A stretch of 64,000 nt of DNA. Origin: Flectonema sp. DT1601 (Eukaryota). The stretch is from positions 868,001-932,000 of the forward strand of contig OZ025780.1 in the NCBI GenBank assembly GCA_964019425.1, given 5' to 3'. A program made the position numbers and the translations under genes. Of this stretch, positions 18,836 through 33,000 are shown piece by piece (the stretch's first letter is position 1; each line of letters opens with the position of its first letter). Below the pieces are notes generated by a model, which was not told the DNA's origin, ran no database searches, and saw nothing but the letters and a program-made list of their open reading frames with translations.

Positions 18836-21062
18836 AACTTTACATGAGCATCGGCTCGAACGGCTCTGGCGAAGCGAGTGAACGAGTCTGATTGCTGAGT
18901 ATTGTATTCTGTTTTCTTGTTCTTTTTTTAATTTATTTCAAACAGGGCAACAGGGGGAAAGTTTGGTTTGTATCCCCTGGGTGTTTAGCGTCACCTGTTG
19001 AGGTGTAATGTATTCTGTTTACTTCTATCCCTTTGTTTTTTTTTTTTTTTTTTTTTTTTCAAACAGGACAGCAGGGGGAAAGTTTGTTTCGTACCCCCCG
19101 GGTGCTTAGCGTCACCCTCCATGCGATGCTTGCGCAGGGAGAGCCAAGGGTCGAGAACCCTGGAGATTACCTTTGTTTCTTTTTGTGACTGGATTGCAGT
19201 GGCGCAACCCATCACCCCACCTGTTGGTATCTTTTTATTTTTTTTATTTAAAGAAAAAAGCAGGCTAAGTCGCCTGAGCTGGCATCGCCAGAATATTTAA
19301 CTTCACATGGCAATGTCAGCTCGTGAAGGGATCCAGTTGGATCAAAGGTTTTCTCCCCCCCCACTCTATTTATCGTCATTGGTGCGCACCTTCGAACAGG
19401 AAGGCCAACACTGACGGAATTTTTTACTTCTCTTCCCAGGGTTGAACCTTGGGAAAAAAACAAACAATAAACACAGTGTAGACAAACACCCGCCGGACAT
19501 CTGCAGAGCAGCGATCGATGTCGATGTCTTCGTTGTCGAACTTCCTGGCGTTTATGTTTTTGTTTTTAACAACAACACAACACCAACTAACAGGTTTGTC
19601 TCATTGCCCGTTCTTTCTTGTTTCCCTTTGCCGCCGGAAGAACGAAGGTCGACGGAGGTCCGAAGCATTGCTTGCGATGATGTTCCGGTATGTGTTGCGT
19701 CTCTGTTATTTGTTTGTTTCAACTCAATTGGTTCATCTCAGGTTTTAGAAGTCTTCGTCCTGTTCGTTGGGAAGGGCCTGAATCAAAAGTTCACTGCCCC
19801 TATTCCTCTCCCAAATTTCTTATTCAGCTTGCCACATGACTGTGTGACATTATTGCTACATTGTAGCTCCCCTACAAAAACCTTATTTTTTGCAGTTGTC
19901 TTTTGGTTGTAGCAACTTTTATTTTATGCTTTTCTAATGTCCCAAAGTTGGTTTATTTTACTTTTTTTTTCTGCAAGGGAACAGTCCAAAGCATAAGTCC
20001 GAACAGCCCTAAGGCCAGTGAACGCACTGATTGTTAGGTATTGTATTCCAGGGAAAGTTTGGTTTGTATACTTTATTTTTATTTTATTTTATTTAATTTG
20101 TTAAAAGAAAACAGGTAACTTTACATGAGCATCGGCTCGAACGGCTCTGGCGAAGCGAGTGAACGAGTCTGATTGCTGAGTATTGTATTCTGTTTTCTTG
20201 TTCTTTTTTTAATTTATTTCAAACAGGGCAACAGGGGGAAAGTTTGGTTTGTATCCCCTGGGTGTTTAGCGTCACCTGTTGAGGTGTAATGTATTCTGTT
20301 TACTTCTATCCCTTTGTTTTTTTTTTTTTTTTTTTATTTCAAACAGGACAGCAGGGGGAAAGTTTGTTTCGTACCCCCCGGGTGCTTAGCGTCACCCTCC
20401 ATGCGATGCTTGCGCAGGGAGAGCCAAGGGTCGAGAACCCTGGAGATTACCTTTGTTTCTTTTTGTGACTGGATTGCAGTGGCGCAACCCATCACCCCAC
20501 CTGTTGGTATCTTTTTATTTTTTTTATTTAAAGAAAAAAGCAGGCTAAGTCGCCTGAGCTGGCATCGCCAGAATATTTAACTTCACATGGCAATGTCAGC
20601 TCGTGAAGGGATCCAGTTGGATCAAAGGTTTTCTCCCCCCCCACTCTATTTATCGTCATTGGTGCGCACCTTCGAACAGGAAGGCCAACACTGACGGAAT
20701 TTTTTACTTCTCTTCCCAGGGTTGAACCTTGGGAAAAAAACAAACAATAAACACAGTGTAGACAAACACCCGCCGGACATCTGCAGAGCAGCGATCGATG
20801 TCGATGTCTTCGTTGTCGAACTTCCTGGCGTTTATGTTTTTGTTTTTAACAACAACACAACACCAACTAACAGGTTTGTCTCATTGCCCGTTCTTTCTTG
20901 TTTCCCTTTGCCGCCGGAAGAACGAAGGTCGACGGAGGTCCGAAGCATTGCTTGCGATGATGTTCCGGTATGTGTTGCGTCTCTGTTATTTGTTTGTTTC
21001 AACTCAATTGGTTCATCTCAGGTTTTAGAAGTCTTCGTCCTGTTCGTTGGGAAGGGCCTGAA
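18836..21062 (+). repeat. Inverted variant units of macrosatellite (period 1280 bp, ~1.7 units)
   Basis: Reverse complement of the main array unit. ORF markers at 19442 and 20722. Lacks a ~70-bp segment and carries several private substitutions. Confidence 0.95.
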
Positions 21063-24000
21063 TGGCAAGCTGGATAAGAGATTTGGGAGAGGAATAGGGG
21101 CAGTGAACTTTTGGTTCAGGCCCTTCCCATCGAACAGGACGAAGACTTCTAAAACCTGAGATGAACCAATTGAGTTGAAACAAACAAATAACAGAGACGC
21201 AACACATACCGGAACATCATCGCAAGCAATGCTTCGGACCTCCGTCGACCTTCGTTCTTCCGGCGGCAAAGGGAAACAAGAAAGAACGGGCAATGAGACA
21301 AACCTGTTAGTTGGTGTTGTGTTGTTGTTAAAAACAAAAACATAAACGCCAGGAAGTTCGACAACGAAGACATCGACATCGATCGCTGCTCTGCAGATGT
21401 CCGGCGGGTGTTTGTCTACACTGTGTTTATTGTTTGTTTTTTTCCCAAGGTTCAACCTTGGGAAGAGAAGTAAAAAATTCCGTCAATGTTGGCCTTCCTG
21501 TTCGAAGGTGCGCACCAATGACGATAAATAGAGTGGGGGGGAGAAAACCTTTGATCCAACTGGATCCCTTCACGAGCCGACATTGCCATGTGAAGTTAAA
21601 TATTCTGGCGATGCCAGCTCAGGCGACTTAGCCTGCTTTTTTCTTTAAATAAAAAAAATAAAAAGATACCAACAGGTGGGGTGATGGGTTGCGCCACTGC
21701 AATCCAGTCACAAAAAGAAACAAAGGTAATCTCAAGGGTTCTCGACCCTTGGCTCTCCCTGCGCAAGCATCGCATGGAGGGTGACGCTAAGCACCCGGGG
21801 GGTACGAAACAAACTTTCCCCCTGCTGTCCTGTTTGAAATAAAAAAAAAAAACAAAGGGATAGAAGTAAACAGAATACGTTACACCTCAACAGGTGACGC
21901 TAAACACCCAGGGGATACAAACCAAACTTTCCCCCTGTTGCCCTGTTTGAAATAAATTAAAAAAAGAACAAGAAAACAGAATACAATACTCAGCAATCAG
22001 ACTCGTTCACTCGCTTCGCCAGAGCCGTTCGAGCCGATGCTCATGTAAAGTTACCTGTTTTCTTTTAACAAATTAAATAAAATAAGATAAATAAAAATAA
22101 AGAAGCGCAACGGAGAGGAATACATAACACCTCGACTCTTGCGCTAGCATCGCAAGGGGGGTACCCGGGAGATACAAACCAAACTTTCTCTGGAATACAA
22201 TACCTAACAATCAGTGCGTTCACTGGCCTTAGGGCTGTTCGGACTTATGCTTTGGACTGTTCCCTTGCAGAAAAAAAAAGTAAAATAAACCAACTTTGGG
22301 ACATTAGAAAAGCATAAAATAAAAGTTGCTACAACCAAAAGACAACTGCAAAAAAAAAAGGTTTTTGTAGGGGAGCTACAATGTAGCAATAATGTCACAC
22401 AGTCATGTGGCAAGCTGGATAAGAGATTTGGGAGAGGAATAGGGGCAGTGAACTTTTGGTTCAGGCCCTTCCCATCGAACAGGACGAAGACTTCTAAAAC
22501 CTGAGATGAACCAATTGAGTTGAAACAAACAAATAACAGAGACGCAACACATACCGGAACATCATCGCAAGCAATGCTTCGGACCTCCGTCGACCTTCGT
22601 TCTTCCGGCGGCAAAGGGAAACAAGAAAGAACGGGCAATGAGACAAACCTGTTAGTTGGTGTTGTGTTGTTGTTAAAAACAAAAACATAAACGCCAGGAA
22701 GTTCGACAACGAAGACATCGACATCGATCGCTGCTCTGCAGATGTCCGGCGGGTGTTTGTCTACACTGTGTTTATTGTTTGTTTTTTTCCCAAGGTTCAA
22801 CCTTGGGAAGAGAAGTAAAAAATTCCGTCAATGTTGGCCTTCCTGTTCGAAGGTGCGCACCAATGACGATAAATAGAGTGGGGGGGAGAAAACCTTTGAT
22901 CCAACTGGATCCCTTCACGAGCCGACATTGCCATGTGAAGTTAAATATTCTGGCGATGCCAGCTCAGGCGACTTAGCCTGCTTTTTTCTTTAAATAAAAA
23001 AAATAAAAAGATACCAACAGGTGGGGTGATGGGTTGCGCCACTGCAATCCAGTCACAAAAAGAAACAAAGGTAATCTCAAGGGTTCTCGACCCTTGGCTC
23101 TCCCTGCGCAAGCATCGCATGGAGGGTGACGCTAAGCACCCGGGGGGTACGAAACAAACTTTCCCCCTGCTGTCCTGTTTGAAATAAAAAAAAAAAACAA
23201 AGGGATAGAAGTAAACAGAATACGTTACACCTCAACAGGTGACGCTAAACACCCAGGGGATACAAACCAAACTTTCCCCCTGTTGCCCTGTTTGAAATAA
23301 ATTAAAAAAAGAACAAGAAAACAGAATACAATACTCAGCAATCAGACTCGTTCACTCGCTTCGCCAGAGCCGTTCGAGCCGATGCTCATGTAAAGTTACC
23401 TGTTTTCTTTTAACAAATTAAATAAAATAAGATAAATAAAAATAAAGAAGCGCAACGGAGAGGAATACATAACACCTCGACTCTTGCGCTAGCATCGCAA
23501 GGGGGGTACCCGGGAGATACAAACCAAACTTTCTCTGGAATACAATACCTAACAATCAGTGCGTTCACTGGCCTTAGGGCTGTTCGGACTTATGCTTTGG
23601 ACTGTTCCCTTGCAGAAAAAAAAAGTAAAATAAACCAACTTTGGGACATTAGAAAAGCATAAAATAAAAGTTGCTACAACCAAAAGACAACTGCAAAAAA
23701 AAAAGGTTTTTGTAGGGGAGCTACAATGTAGCAATAATGTCACACAGTCATGTGGCAAGCTGGATAAGAGATTTGGGAGAGGAATAGGGGCAGTGAACTT
23801 TTGGTTCAGGCCCTTCCCATCGAACAGGACGAAGACTTCTAAAACCTGAGATGAACCAATTGAGTTGAAACAAACAAATAACAGAGACGCAACACATACC
23901 GGAACATCATCGCAAGCAATGCTTCGGACCTCCGTCGACCTTCGTTCTTCCGGCGGCAAAGGGAAACAAGAAAGAACGGGCAATGAGACAAACCTGTTAG

Positions 24001-27000
24001 TTGGTGTTGTGTTGTTGTTAAAAACAAAAACATAAACGCCAGGAAGTTCGACAACGAAGACATCGACATCGATCGCTGCTCTGCAGATGTCCGGCGGGTG
24101 TTTGTCTACACTGTGTTTATTGTTTGTTTTTTTCCCAAGGTTCAACCTTGGGAAGAGAAGTAAAAAATTCCGTCAATGTTGGCCTTCCTGTTCGAAGGTG
24201 CGCACCAATGACGATAAATAGAGTGGGGGGGAGAAAACCTTTGATCCAACTGGATCCCTTCACGAGCCGACATTGCCATGTGAAGTTAAATATTCTGGCG
24301 ATGCCAGCTCAGGCGACTTAGCCTGCTTTTTTCTTTAAATAAAAAAAATAAAAAGATACCAACAGGTGGGGTGATGGGTTGCGCCACTGCAATCCAGTCA
24401 CAAAAAGAAACAAAGGTAATCTCAAGGGTTCTCGACCCTTGGCTCTCCCTGCGCAAGCATCGCATGGAGGGTGACGCTAAGCACCCGGGGGGTACGAAAC
24501 AAACTTTCCCCCTGCTGTCCTGTTTGAAATAAAAAAAAAAAACAAAGGGATAGAAGTAAACAGAATACGTTACACCTCAACAGGTGACGCTAAACACCCA
24601 GGGGATACAAACCAAACTTTCCCCCTGTTGCCCTGTTTGAAATAAATTAAAAAAAGAACAAGAAAACAGAATACAATACTCAGCAATCAGACTCGTTCAC
24701 TCGCTTCGCCAGAGCCGTTCGAGCCGATGCTCATGTAAAGTTACCTGTTTTCTTTTAACAAATTAAATAAAATAAGATAAATAAAAATAAAGAAGCGCAA
24801 CGGAGAGGAATACATAACACCTCGACTCTTGCGCTAGCATCGCAAGGGGGGTACCCGGGAGATACAAACCAAACTTTCTCTGGAATACAATACCTAACAA
24901 TCAGTGCGTTCACTGGCCTTAGGGCTGTTCGGACTTATGCTTTGGACTGTTCCCTTGCAGAAAAAAAAAGTAAAATAAACCAACTTTGGGACATTAGAAA
25001 AGCATAAAATAAAAGTTGCTACAACCAAAAGACAACTGCAAAAAAAAAAGGTTTTTGTAGGGGAGCTACAATGTAGCAATAATGTCACACAGTCATGTGG
25101 CAAGCTGGATAAGAGATTTGGGAGAGGAATAGGGGCAGTGAACTTTTGGTTCAGGCCCTTCCCATCGAACAGGACGAAGACTTCTAAAACCTGAGATGAA
25201 CCAATTGAGTTGAAACAAACAAATAACAGAGACGCAACACATACCGGAACATCATCGCAAGCAATGCTTCGGACCTCCGTCGACCTTCGTTCTTCCGGCG
25301 GCAAAGGGAAACAAGAAAGAACGGGCAATGAGACAAACCTGTTAGTTGGTGTTGTGTTGTTGTTAAAAACAAAAACATAAACGCCAGGAAGTTCGACAAC
25401 GAAGACATCGACATCGATCGCTGCTCTGCAGATGTCCGGCGGGTGTTTGTCTACACTGTGTTTATTGTTTGTTTTTTTCCCAAGGTTCAACCTTGGGAAG
25501 AGAAGTAAAAAATTCCGTCAATGTTGGCCTTCCTGTTCGAAGGTGCGCACCAATGACGATAAATAGAGTGGGGGGGAGAAAACCTTTGATCCAACTGGAT
25601 CCCTTCACGAGCCGACATTGCCATGTGAAGTTAAATATTCTGGCGATGCCAGCTCAGGCGACTTAGCCTGCTTTTTTCTTTAAATAAAAAAAATAAAAAG
25701 ATACCAACAGGTGGGGTGATGGGTTGCGCCACTGCAATCCAGTCACAAAAAGAAACAAAGGTAATCTCAAGGGTTCTCGACCCTTGGCTCTCCCTGCGCA
25801 AGCATCGCATGGAGGGTGACGCTAAGCACCCGGGGGGTACGAAACAAACTTTCCCCCTGCTGTCCTGTTTGAAATAAAAAAAAAAAACAAAGGGATAGAA
25901 GTAAACAGAATACGTTACACCTCAACAGGTGACGCTAAACACCCAGGGGATACAAACCAAACTTTCCCCCTGTTGCCCTGTTTGAAATAAATTAAAAAAA
26001 GAACAAGAAAACAGAATACAATACTCAGCAATCAGACTCGTTCACTCGCTTCGCCAGAGCCGTTCGAGCCGATGCTCATGTAAAGTTACCTGTTTTCTTT
26101 TAACAAATTAAATAAAATAAGATAAATAAAAATAAAGAAGCGCAACGGAGAGGAATACATAACACCTCGACTCTTGCGCTAGCATCGCAAGGGGGGTACC
26201 CGGGAGATACAAACCAAACTTTCTCTGGAATACAATACCTAACAATCAGTGCGTTCACTGGCCTTAGGGCTGTTCGGACTTATGCTTTGGACTGTTCCCT
26301 TGCAGAAAAAAAAAGTAAAATAAACCAACTTTGGGACATTAGAAAAGCATAAAATAAAAGTTGCTACAACCAAAAGACAACTGCAAAAAAAAAAGGTTTT
26401 TGTAGGGGAGCTACAATGTAGCAATAATGTCACACAGTCATGTGGCAAGCTGGATAAGAGATTTGGGAGAGGAATAGGGGCAGTGAACTTTTGGTTCAGG
26501 CCCTTCCCATCGAACAGGACGAAGACTTCTAAAACCTGAGATGAACCAATTGAGTTGAAACAAACAAATAACAGAGACGCAACACATACCGGAACATCAT
26601 CGCAAGCAATGCTTCGGACCTCCGTCGACCTTCGTTCTTCCGGCGGCAAAGGGAAACAAGAAAGAACGGGCAATGAGACAAACCTGTTAGTTGGTGTTGT
26701 GTTGTTGTTAAAAACAAAAACATAAACGCCAGGAAGTTCGACAACGAAGACATCGACATCGATCGCTGCTCTGCAGATGTCCGGCGGGTGTTTGTCTACA
26801 CTGTGTTTATTGTTTGTTTTTTTCCCAAGGTTCAACCTTGGGAAGAGAAGTAAAAAATTCCGTCAATGTTGGCCTTCCTGTTCGAAGGTGCGCACCAATG
26901 ACGATAAATAGAGTGGGGGGGAGAAAACCTTTGATCCAACTGGATCCCTTCACGAGCCGACATTGCCATGTGAAGTTAAATATTCTGGCGATGCCAGCTC

Positions 27001-30000
27001 AGGCGACTTAGCCTGCTTTTTTCTTTAAATAAAAAAAATAAAAAGATACCAACAGGTGGGGTGATGGGTTGCGCCACTGCAATCCAGTCACAAAAAGAAA
27101 CAAAGGTAATCTCAAGGGTTCTCGACCCTTGGCTCTCCCTGCGCAAGCATCGCATGGAGGGTGACGCTAAGCACCCGGGGGGTACGAAACAAACTTTCCC
27201 CCTGCTGTCCTGTTTGAAATAAAAAAAAAAAACAAAGGGATAGAAGTAAACAGAATACGTTACACCTCAACAGGTGACGCTAAACACCCAGGGGATACAA
27301 ACCAAACTTTCCCCCTGTTGCCCTGTTTGAAATAAATTAAAAAAAGAACAAGAAAACAGAATACAATACTCAGCAATCAGACTCGTTCACTCGCTTCGCC
27401 AGAGCCGTTCGAGCCGATGCTCATGTAAAGTTACCTGTTTTCTTTTAACAAATTAAATAAAATAAGATAAATAAAAATAAAGAAGCGCAACGGAGAGGAA
27501 TACATAACACCTCGACTCTTGCGCTAGCATCGCAAGGGGGGTACCCGGGAGATACAAACCAAACTTTCTCTGGAATACAATACCTAACAATCAGTGCGTT
27601 CACTGGCCTTAGGGCTGTTCGGACTTATGCTTTGGACTGTTCCCTTGCAGAAAAAAAAAGTAAAATAAACCAACTTTGGGACATTAGAAAAGCATAAAAT
27701 AAAAGTTGCTACAACCAAAAGACAACTGCAAAAAAAAAAGGTTTTTGTAGGGGAGCTACAATGTAGCAATAATGTCACACAGTCATGTGGCAAGCTGGAT
27801 AAGAGATTTGGGAGAGGAATAGGGGCAGTGAACTTTTGGTTCAGGCCCTTCCCATCGAACAGGACGAAGACTTCTAAAACCTGAGATGAACCAATTGAGT
27901 TGAAACAAACAAATAACAGAGACGCAACACATACCGGAACATCATCGCAAGCAATGCTTCGGACCTCCGTCGACCTTCGTTCTTCCGGCGGCAAAGGGAA
28001 ACAAGAAAGAACGGGCAATGAGACAAACCTGTTAGTTGGTGTTGTGTTGTTGTTAAAAACAAAAACATAAACGCCAGGAAGTTCGACAACGAAGACATCG
28101 ACATCGATCGCTGCTCTGCAGATGTCCGGCGGGTGTTTGTCTACACTGTGTTTATTGTTTGTTTTTTTCCCAAGGTTCAACCTTGGGAAGAGAAGTAAAA
28201 AATTCCGTCAATGTTGGCCTTCCTGTTCGAAGGTGCGCACCAATGACGATAAATAGAGTGGGGGGGAGAAAACCTTTGATCCAACTGGATCCCTTCACGA
28301 GCCGACATTGCCATGTGAAGTTAAATATTCTGGCGATGCCAGCTCAGGCGACTTAGCCTGCTTTTTTCTTTAAATAAAAAAAATAAAAAGATACCAACAG
28401 GTGGGGTGATGGGTTGCGCCACTGCAATCCAGTCACAAAAAGAAACAAAGGTAATCTCAAGGGTTCTCGACCCTTGGCTCTCCCTGCGCAAGCATCGCAT
28501 GGAGGGTGACGCTAAGCACCCGGGGGGTACGAAACAAACTTTCCCCCTGCTGTCCTGTTTGAAATAAAAAAAAAAAACAAAGGGATAGAAGTAAACAGAA
28601 TACGTTACACCTCAACAGGTGACGCTAAACACCCAGGGGATACAAACCAAACTTTCCCCCTGTTGCCCTGTTTGAAATAAATTAAAAAAAGAACAAGAAA
28701 ACAGAATACAATACTCAGCAATCAGACTCGTTCACTCGCTTCGCCAGAGCCGTTCGAGCCGATGCTCATGTAAAGTTACCTGTTTTCTTTTAACAAATTA
28801 AATAAAATAAGATAAATAAAAATAAAGAAGCGCAACGGAGAGGAATACATAACACCTCGACTCTTGCGCTAGCATCGCAAGGGGGGTACCCGGGAGATAC
28901 AAACCAAACTTTCTCTGGAATACAATACCTAACAATCAGTGCGTTCACTGGCCTTAGGGCTGTTCGGACTTATGCTTTGGACTGTTCCCTTGCAGAAAAA
29001 AAAAGTAAAATAAACCAACTTTGGGACATTAGAAAAGCATAAAATAAAAGTTGCTACAACCAAAAGACAACTGCAAAAAAAAAAGGTTTTTGTAGGGGAG
29101 CTACAATGTAGCAATAATGTCACACAGTCATGTGGCAAGCTGGATAAGAGATTTGGGAGAGGAATAGGGGCAGTGAACTTTTGGTTCAGGCCCTTCCCAT
29201 CGAACAGGACGAAGACTTCTAAAACCTGAGATGAACCAATTGAGTTGAAACAAACAAATAACAGAGACGCAACACATACCGGAACATCATCGCAAGCAAT
29301 GCTTCGGACCTCCGTCGACCTTCGTTCTTCCGGCGGCAAAGGGAAACAAGAAAGAACGGGCAATGAGACAAACCTGTTAGTTGGTGTTGTGTTGTTGTTA
29401 AAAACAAAAACATAAACGCCAGGAAGTTCGACAACGAAGACATCGACATCGATCGCTGCTCTGCAGATGTCCGGCGGGTGTTTGTCTACACTGTGTTTAT
29501 TGTTTGTTTTTTTCCCAAGGTTCAACCTTGGGAAGAGAAGTAAAAAATTCCGTCAATGTTGGCCTTCCTGTTCGAAGGTGCGCACCAATGACGATAAATA
29601 GAGTGGGGGGGAGAAAACCTTTGATCCAACTGGATCCCTTCACGAGCCGACATTGCCATGTGAAGTTAAATATTCTGGCGATGCCAGCTCAGGCGACTTA
29701 GCCTGCTTTTTTCTTTAAATAAAAAAAATAAAAAGATACCAACAGGTGGGGTGATGGGTTGCGCCACTGCAATCCAGTCACAAAAAGAAACAAAGGTAAT
29801 CTCAAGGGTTCTCGACCCTTGGCTCTCCCTGCGCAAGCATCGCATGGAGGGTGACGCTAAGCACCCGGGGGGTACGAAACAAACTTTCCCCCTGCTGTCC
29901 TGTTTGAAATAAAAAAAAAAAACAAAGGGATAGAAGTAAACAGAATACGTTACACCTCAACAGGTGACGCTAAACACCCAGGGGATACAAACCAAACTTT

Positions 30001-33000
30001 CCCCCTGTTGCCCTGTTTGAAATAAATTAAAAAAAGAACAAGAAAACAGAATACAATACTCAGCAATCAGACTCGTTCACTCGCTTCGCCAGAGCCGTTC
30101 GAGCCGATGCTCATGTAAAGTTACCTGTTTTCTTTTAACAAATTAAATAAAATAAGATAAATAAAAATAAAGAAGCGCAACGGAGAGGAATACATAACAC
30201 CTCGACTCTTGCGCTAGCATCGCAAGGGGGGTACCCGGGAGATACAAACCAAACTTTCTCTGGAATACAATACCTAACAATCAGTGCGTTCACTGGCCTT
30301 AGGGCTGTTCGGACTTATGCTTTGGACTGTTCCCTTGCAGAAAAAAAAAGTAAAATAAACCAACTTTGGGACATTAGAAAAGCATAAAATAAAAGTTGCT
30401 ACAACCAAAAGACAACTGCAAAAAAAAAAGGTTTTTGTAGGGGAGCTACAATGTAGCAATAATGTCACACAGTCATGTGGCAAGCTGGATAAGAGATTTG
30501 GGAGAGGAATAGGGGCAGTGAACTTTTGGTTCAGGCCCTTCCCATCGAACAGGACGAAGACTTCTAAAACCTGAGATGAACCAATTGAGTTGAAACAAAC
30601 AAATAACAGAGACGCAACACATACCGGAACATCATCGCAAGCAATGCTTCGGACCTCCGTCGACCTTCGTTCTTCCGGCGGCAAAGGGAAACAAGAAAGA
30701 ACGGGCAATGAGACAAACCTGTTAGTTGGTGTTGTGTTGTTGTTAAAAACAAAAACATAAACGCCAGGAAGTTCGACAACGAAGACATCGACATCGATCG
30801 CTGCTCTGCAGATGTCCGGCGGGTGTTTGTCTACACTGTGTTTATTGTTTGTTTTTTTCCCAAGGTTCAACCTTGGGAAGAGAAGTAAAAAATTCCGTCA
30901 ATGTTGGCCTTCCTGTTCGAAGGTGCGCACCAATGACGATAAATAGAGTGGGGGGGAGAAAACCTTTGATCCAACTGGATCCCTTCACGAGCCGACATTG
31001 CCATGTGAAGTTAAATATTCTGGCGATGCCAGCTCAGGCGACTTAGCCTGCTTTTTTCTTTAAATAAAAAAAATAAAAAGATACCAACAGGTGGGGTGAT
31101 GGGTTGCGCCACTGCAATCCAGTCACAAAAAGAAACAAAGGTAATCTCAAGGGTTCTCGACCCTTGGCTCTCCCTGCGCAAGCATCGCATGGAGGGTGAC
31201 GCTAAGCACCCGGGGGGTACGAAACAAACTTTCCCCCTGCTGTCCTGTTTGAAATAAAAAAAAAAAACAAAGGGATAGAAGTAAACAGAATACGTTACAC
31301 CTCAACAGGTGACGCTAAACACCCAGGGGATACAAACCAAACTTTCCCCCTGTTGCCCTGTTTGAAATAAATTAAAAAAAGAACAAGAAAACAGAATACA
31401 ATACTCAGCAATCAGACTCGTTCACTCGCTTCGCCAGAGCCGTTCGAGCCGATGCTCATGTAAAGTTACCTGTTTTCTTTTAACAAATTAAATAAAATAA
31501 GATAAATAAAAATAAAGAAGCGCAACGGAGAGGAATACATAACACCTCGACTCTTGCGCTAGCATCGCAAGGGGGGTACCCGGGAGATACAAACCAAACT
31601 TTCTCTGGAATACAATACCTAACAATCAGTGCGTTCACTGGCCTTAGGGCTGTTCGGACTTATGCTTTGGACTGTTCCCTTGCAGAAAAAAAAAGTAAAA
31701 TAAACCAACTTTGGGACATTAGAAAAGCATAAAATAAAAGTTGCTACAACCAAAAGACAACTGCAAAAAAAAAAGGTTTTTGTAGGGGAGCTACAATGTA
31801 GCAATAATGTCACACAGTCATGTGGCAAGCTGGATAAGAGATTTGGGAGAGGAATAGGGGCAGTGAACTTTTGGTTCAGGCCCTTCCCATCGAACAGGAC
31901 GAAGACTTCTAAAACCTGAGATGAACCAATTGAGTTGAAACAAACAAATAACAGAGACGCAACACATACCGGAACATCATCGCAAGCAATGCTTCGGACC
32001 TCCGTCGACCTTCGTTCTTCCGGCGGCAAAGGGAAACAAGAAAGAACGGGCAATGAGACAAACCTGTTAGTTGGTGTTGTGTTGTTGTTAAAAACAAAAA
32101 CATAAACGCCAGGAAGTTCGACAACGAAGACATCGACATCGATCGCTGCTCTGCAGATGTCCGGCGGGTGTTTGTCTACACTGTGTTTATTGTTTGTTTT
32201 TTTCCCAAGGTTCAACCTTGGGAAGAGAAGTAAAAAATTCCGTCAATGTTGGCCTTCCTGTTCGAAGGTGCGCACCAATGACGATAAATAGAGTGGGGGG
32301 GAGAAAACCTTTGATCCAACTGGATCCCTTCACGAGCCGACATTGCCATGTGAAGTTAAATATTCTGGCGATGCCAGCTCAGGCGACTTAGCCTGCTTTT
32401 TTCTTTAAATAAAAAAAATAAAAAGATACCAACAGGTGGGGTGATGGGTTGCGCCACTGCAATCCAGTCACAAAAAGAAACAAAGGTAATCTCAAGGGTT
32501 CTCGACCCTTGGCTCTCCCTGCGCAAGCATCGCATGGAGGGTGACGCTAAGCACCCGGGGGGTACGAAACAAACTTTCCCCCTGCTGTCCTGTTTGAAAT
32601 AAAAAAAAAAAACAAAGGGATAGAAGTAAACAGAATACGTTACACCTCAACAGGTGACGCTAAACACCCAGGGGATACAAACCAAACTTTCCCCCTGTTG
32701 CCCTGTTTGAAATAAATTAAAAAAAGAACAAGAAAACAGAATACAATACTCAGCAATCAGACTCGTTCACTCGCTTCGCCAGAGCCGTTCGAGCCGATGC
32801 TCATGTAAAGTTACCTGTTTTCTTTTAACAAATTAAATAAAATAAGATAAATAAAAATAAAGAAGCGCAACGGAGAGGAATACATAACACCTCGACTCTT
32901 GCGCTAGCATCGCAAGGGGGGTACCCGGGAGATACAAACCAAACTTTCTCTGGAATACAATACCTAACAATCAGTGCGTTCACTGGCCTTAGGGCTGTTC

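Noticed and set aside
21063..22407. Spliced-leader, 5S rRNA, snRNA or tRNA gene in the 1345-bp unit
   Set aside because: No match to the conserved motifs I know. The CCCAAGG-TTCAA-CCTTGGG hairpin is not a proper T-arm/B-box. A divergent RNA cannot be excluded without Infernal.
22204..22800. 198-aa ORF (and 76/65-aa ORFs) repeated in each unit as a real CDS
   Set aside because: Non-ATG start, reads through intron-like low-complexity tracts, is truncated in the variant units and has no recognisable domain.
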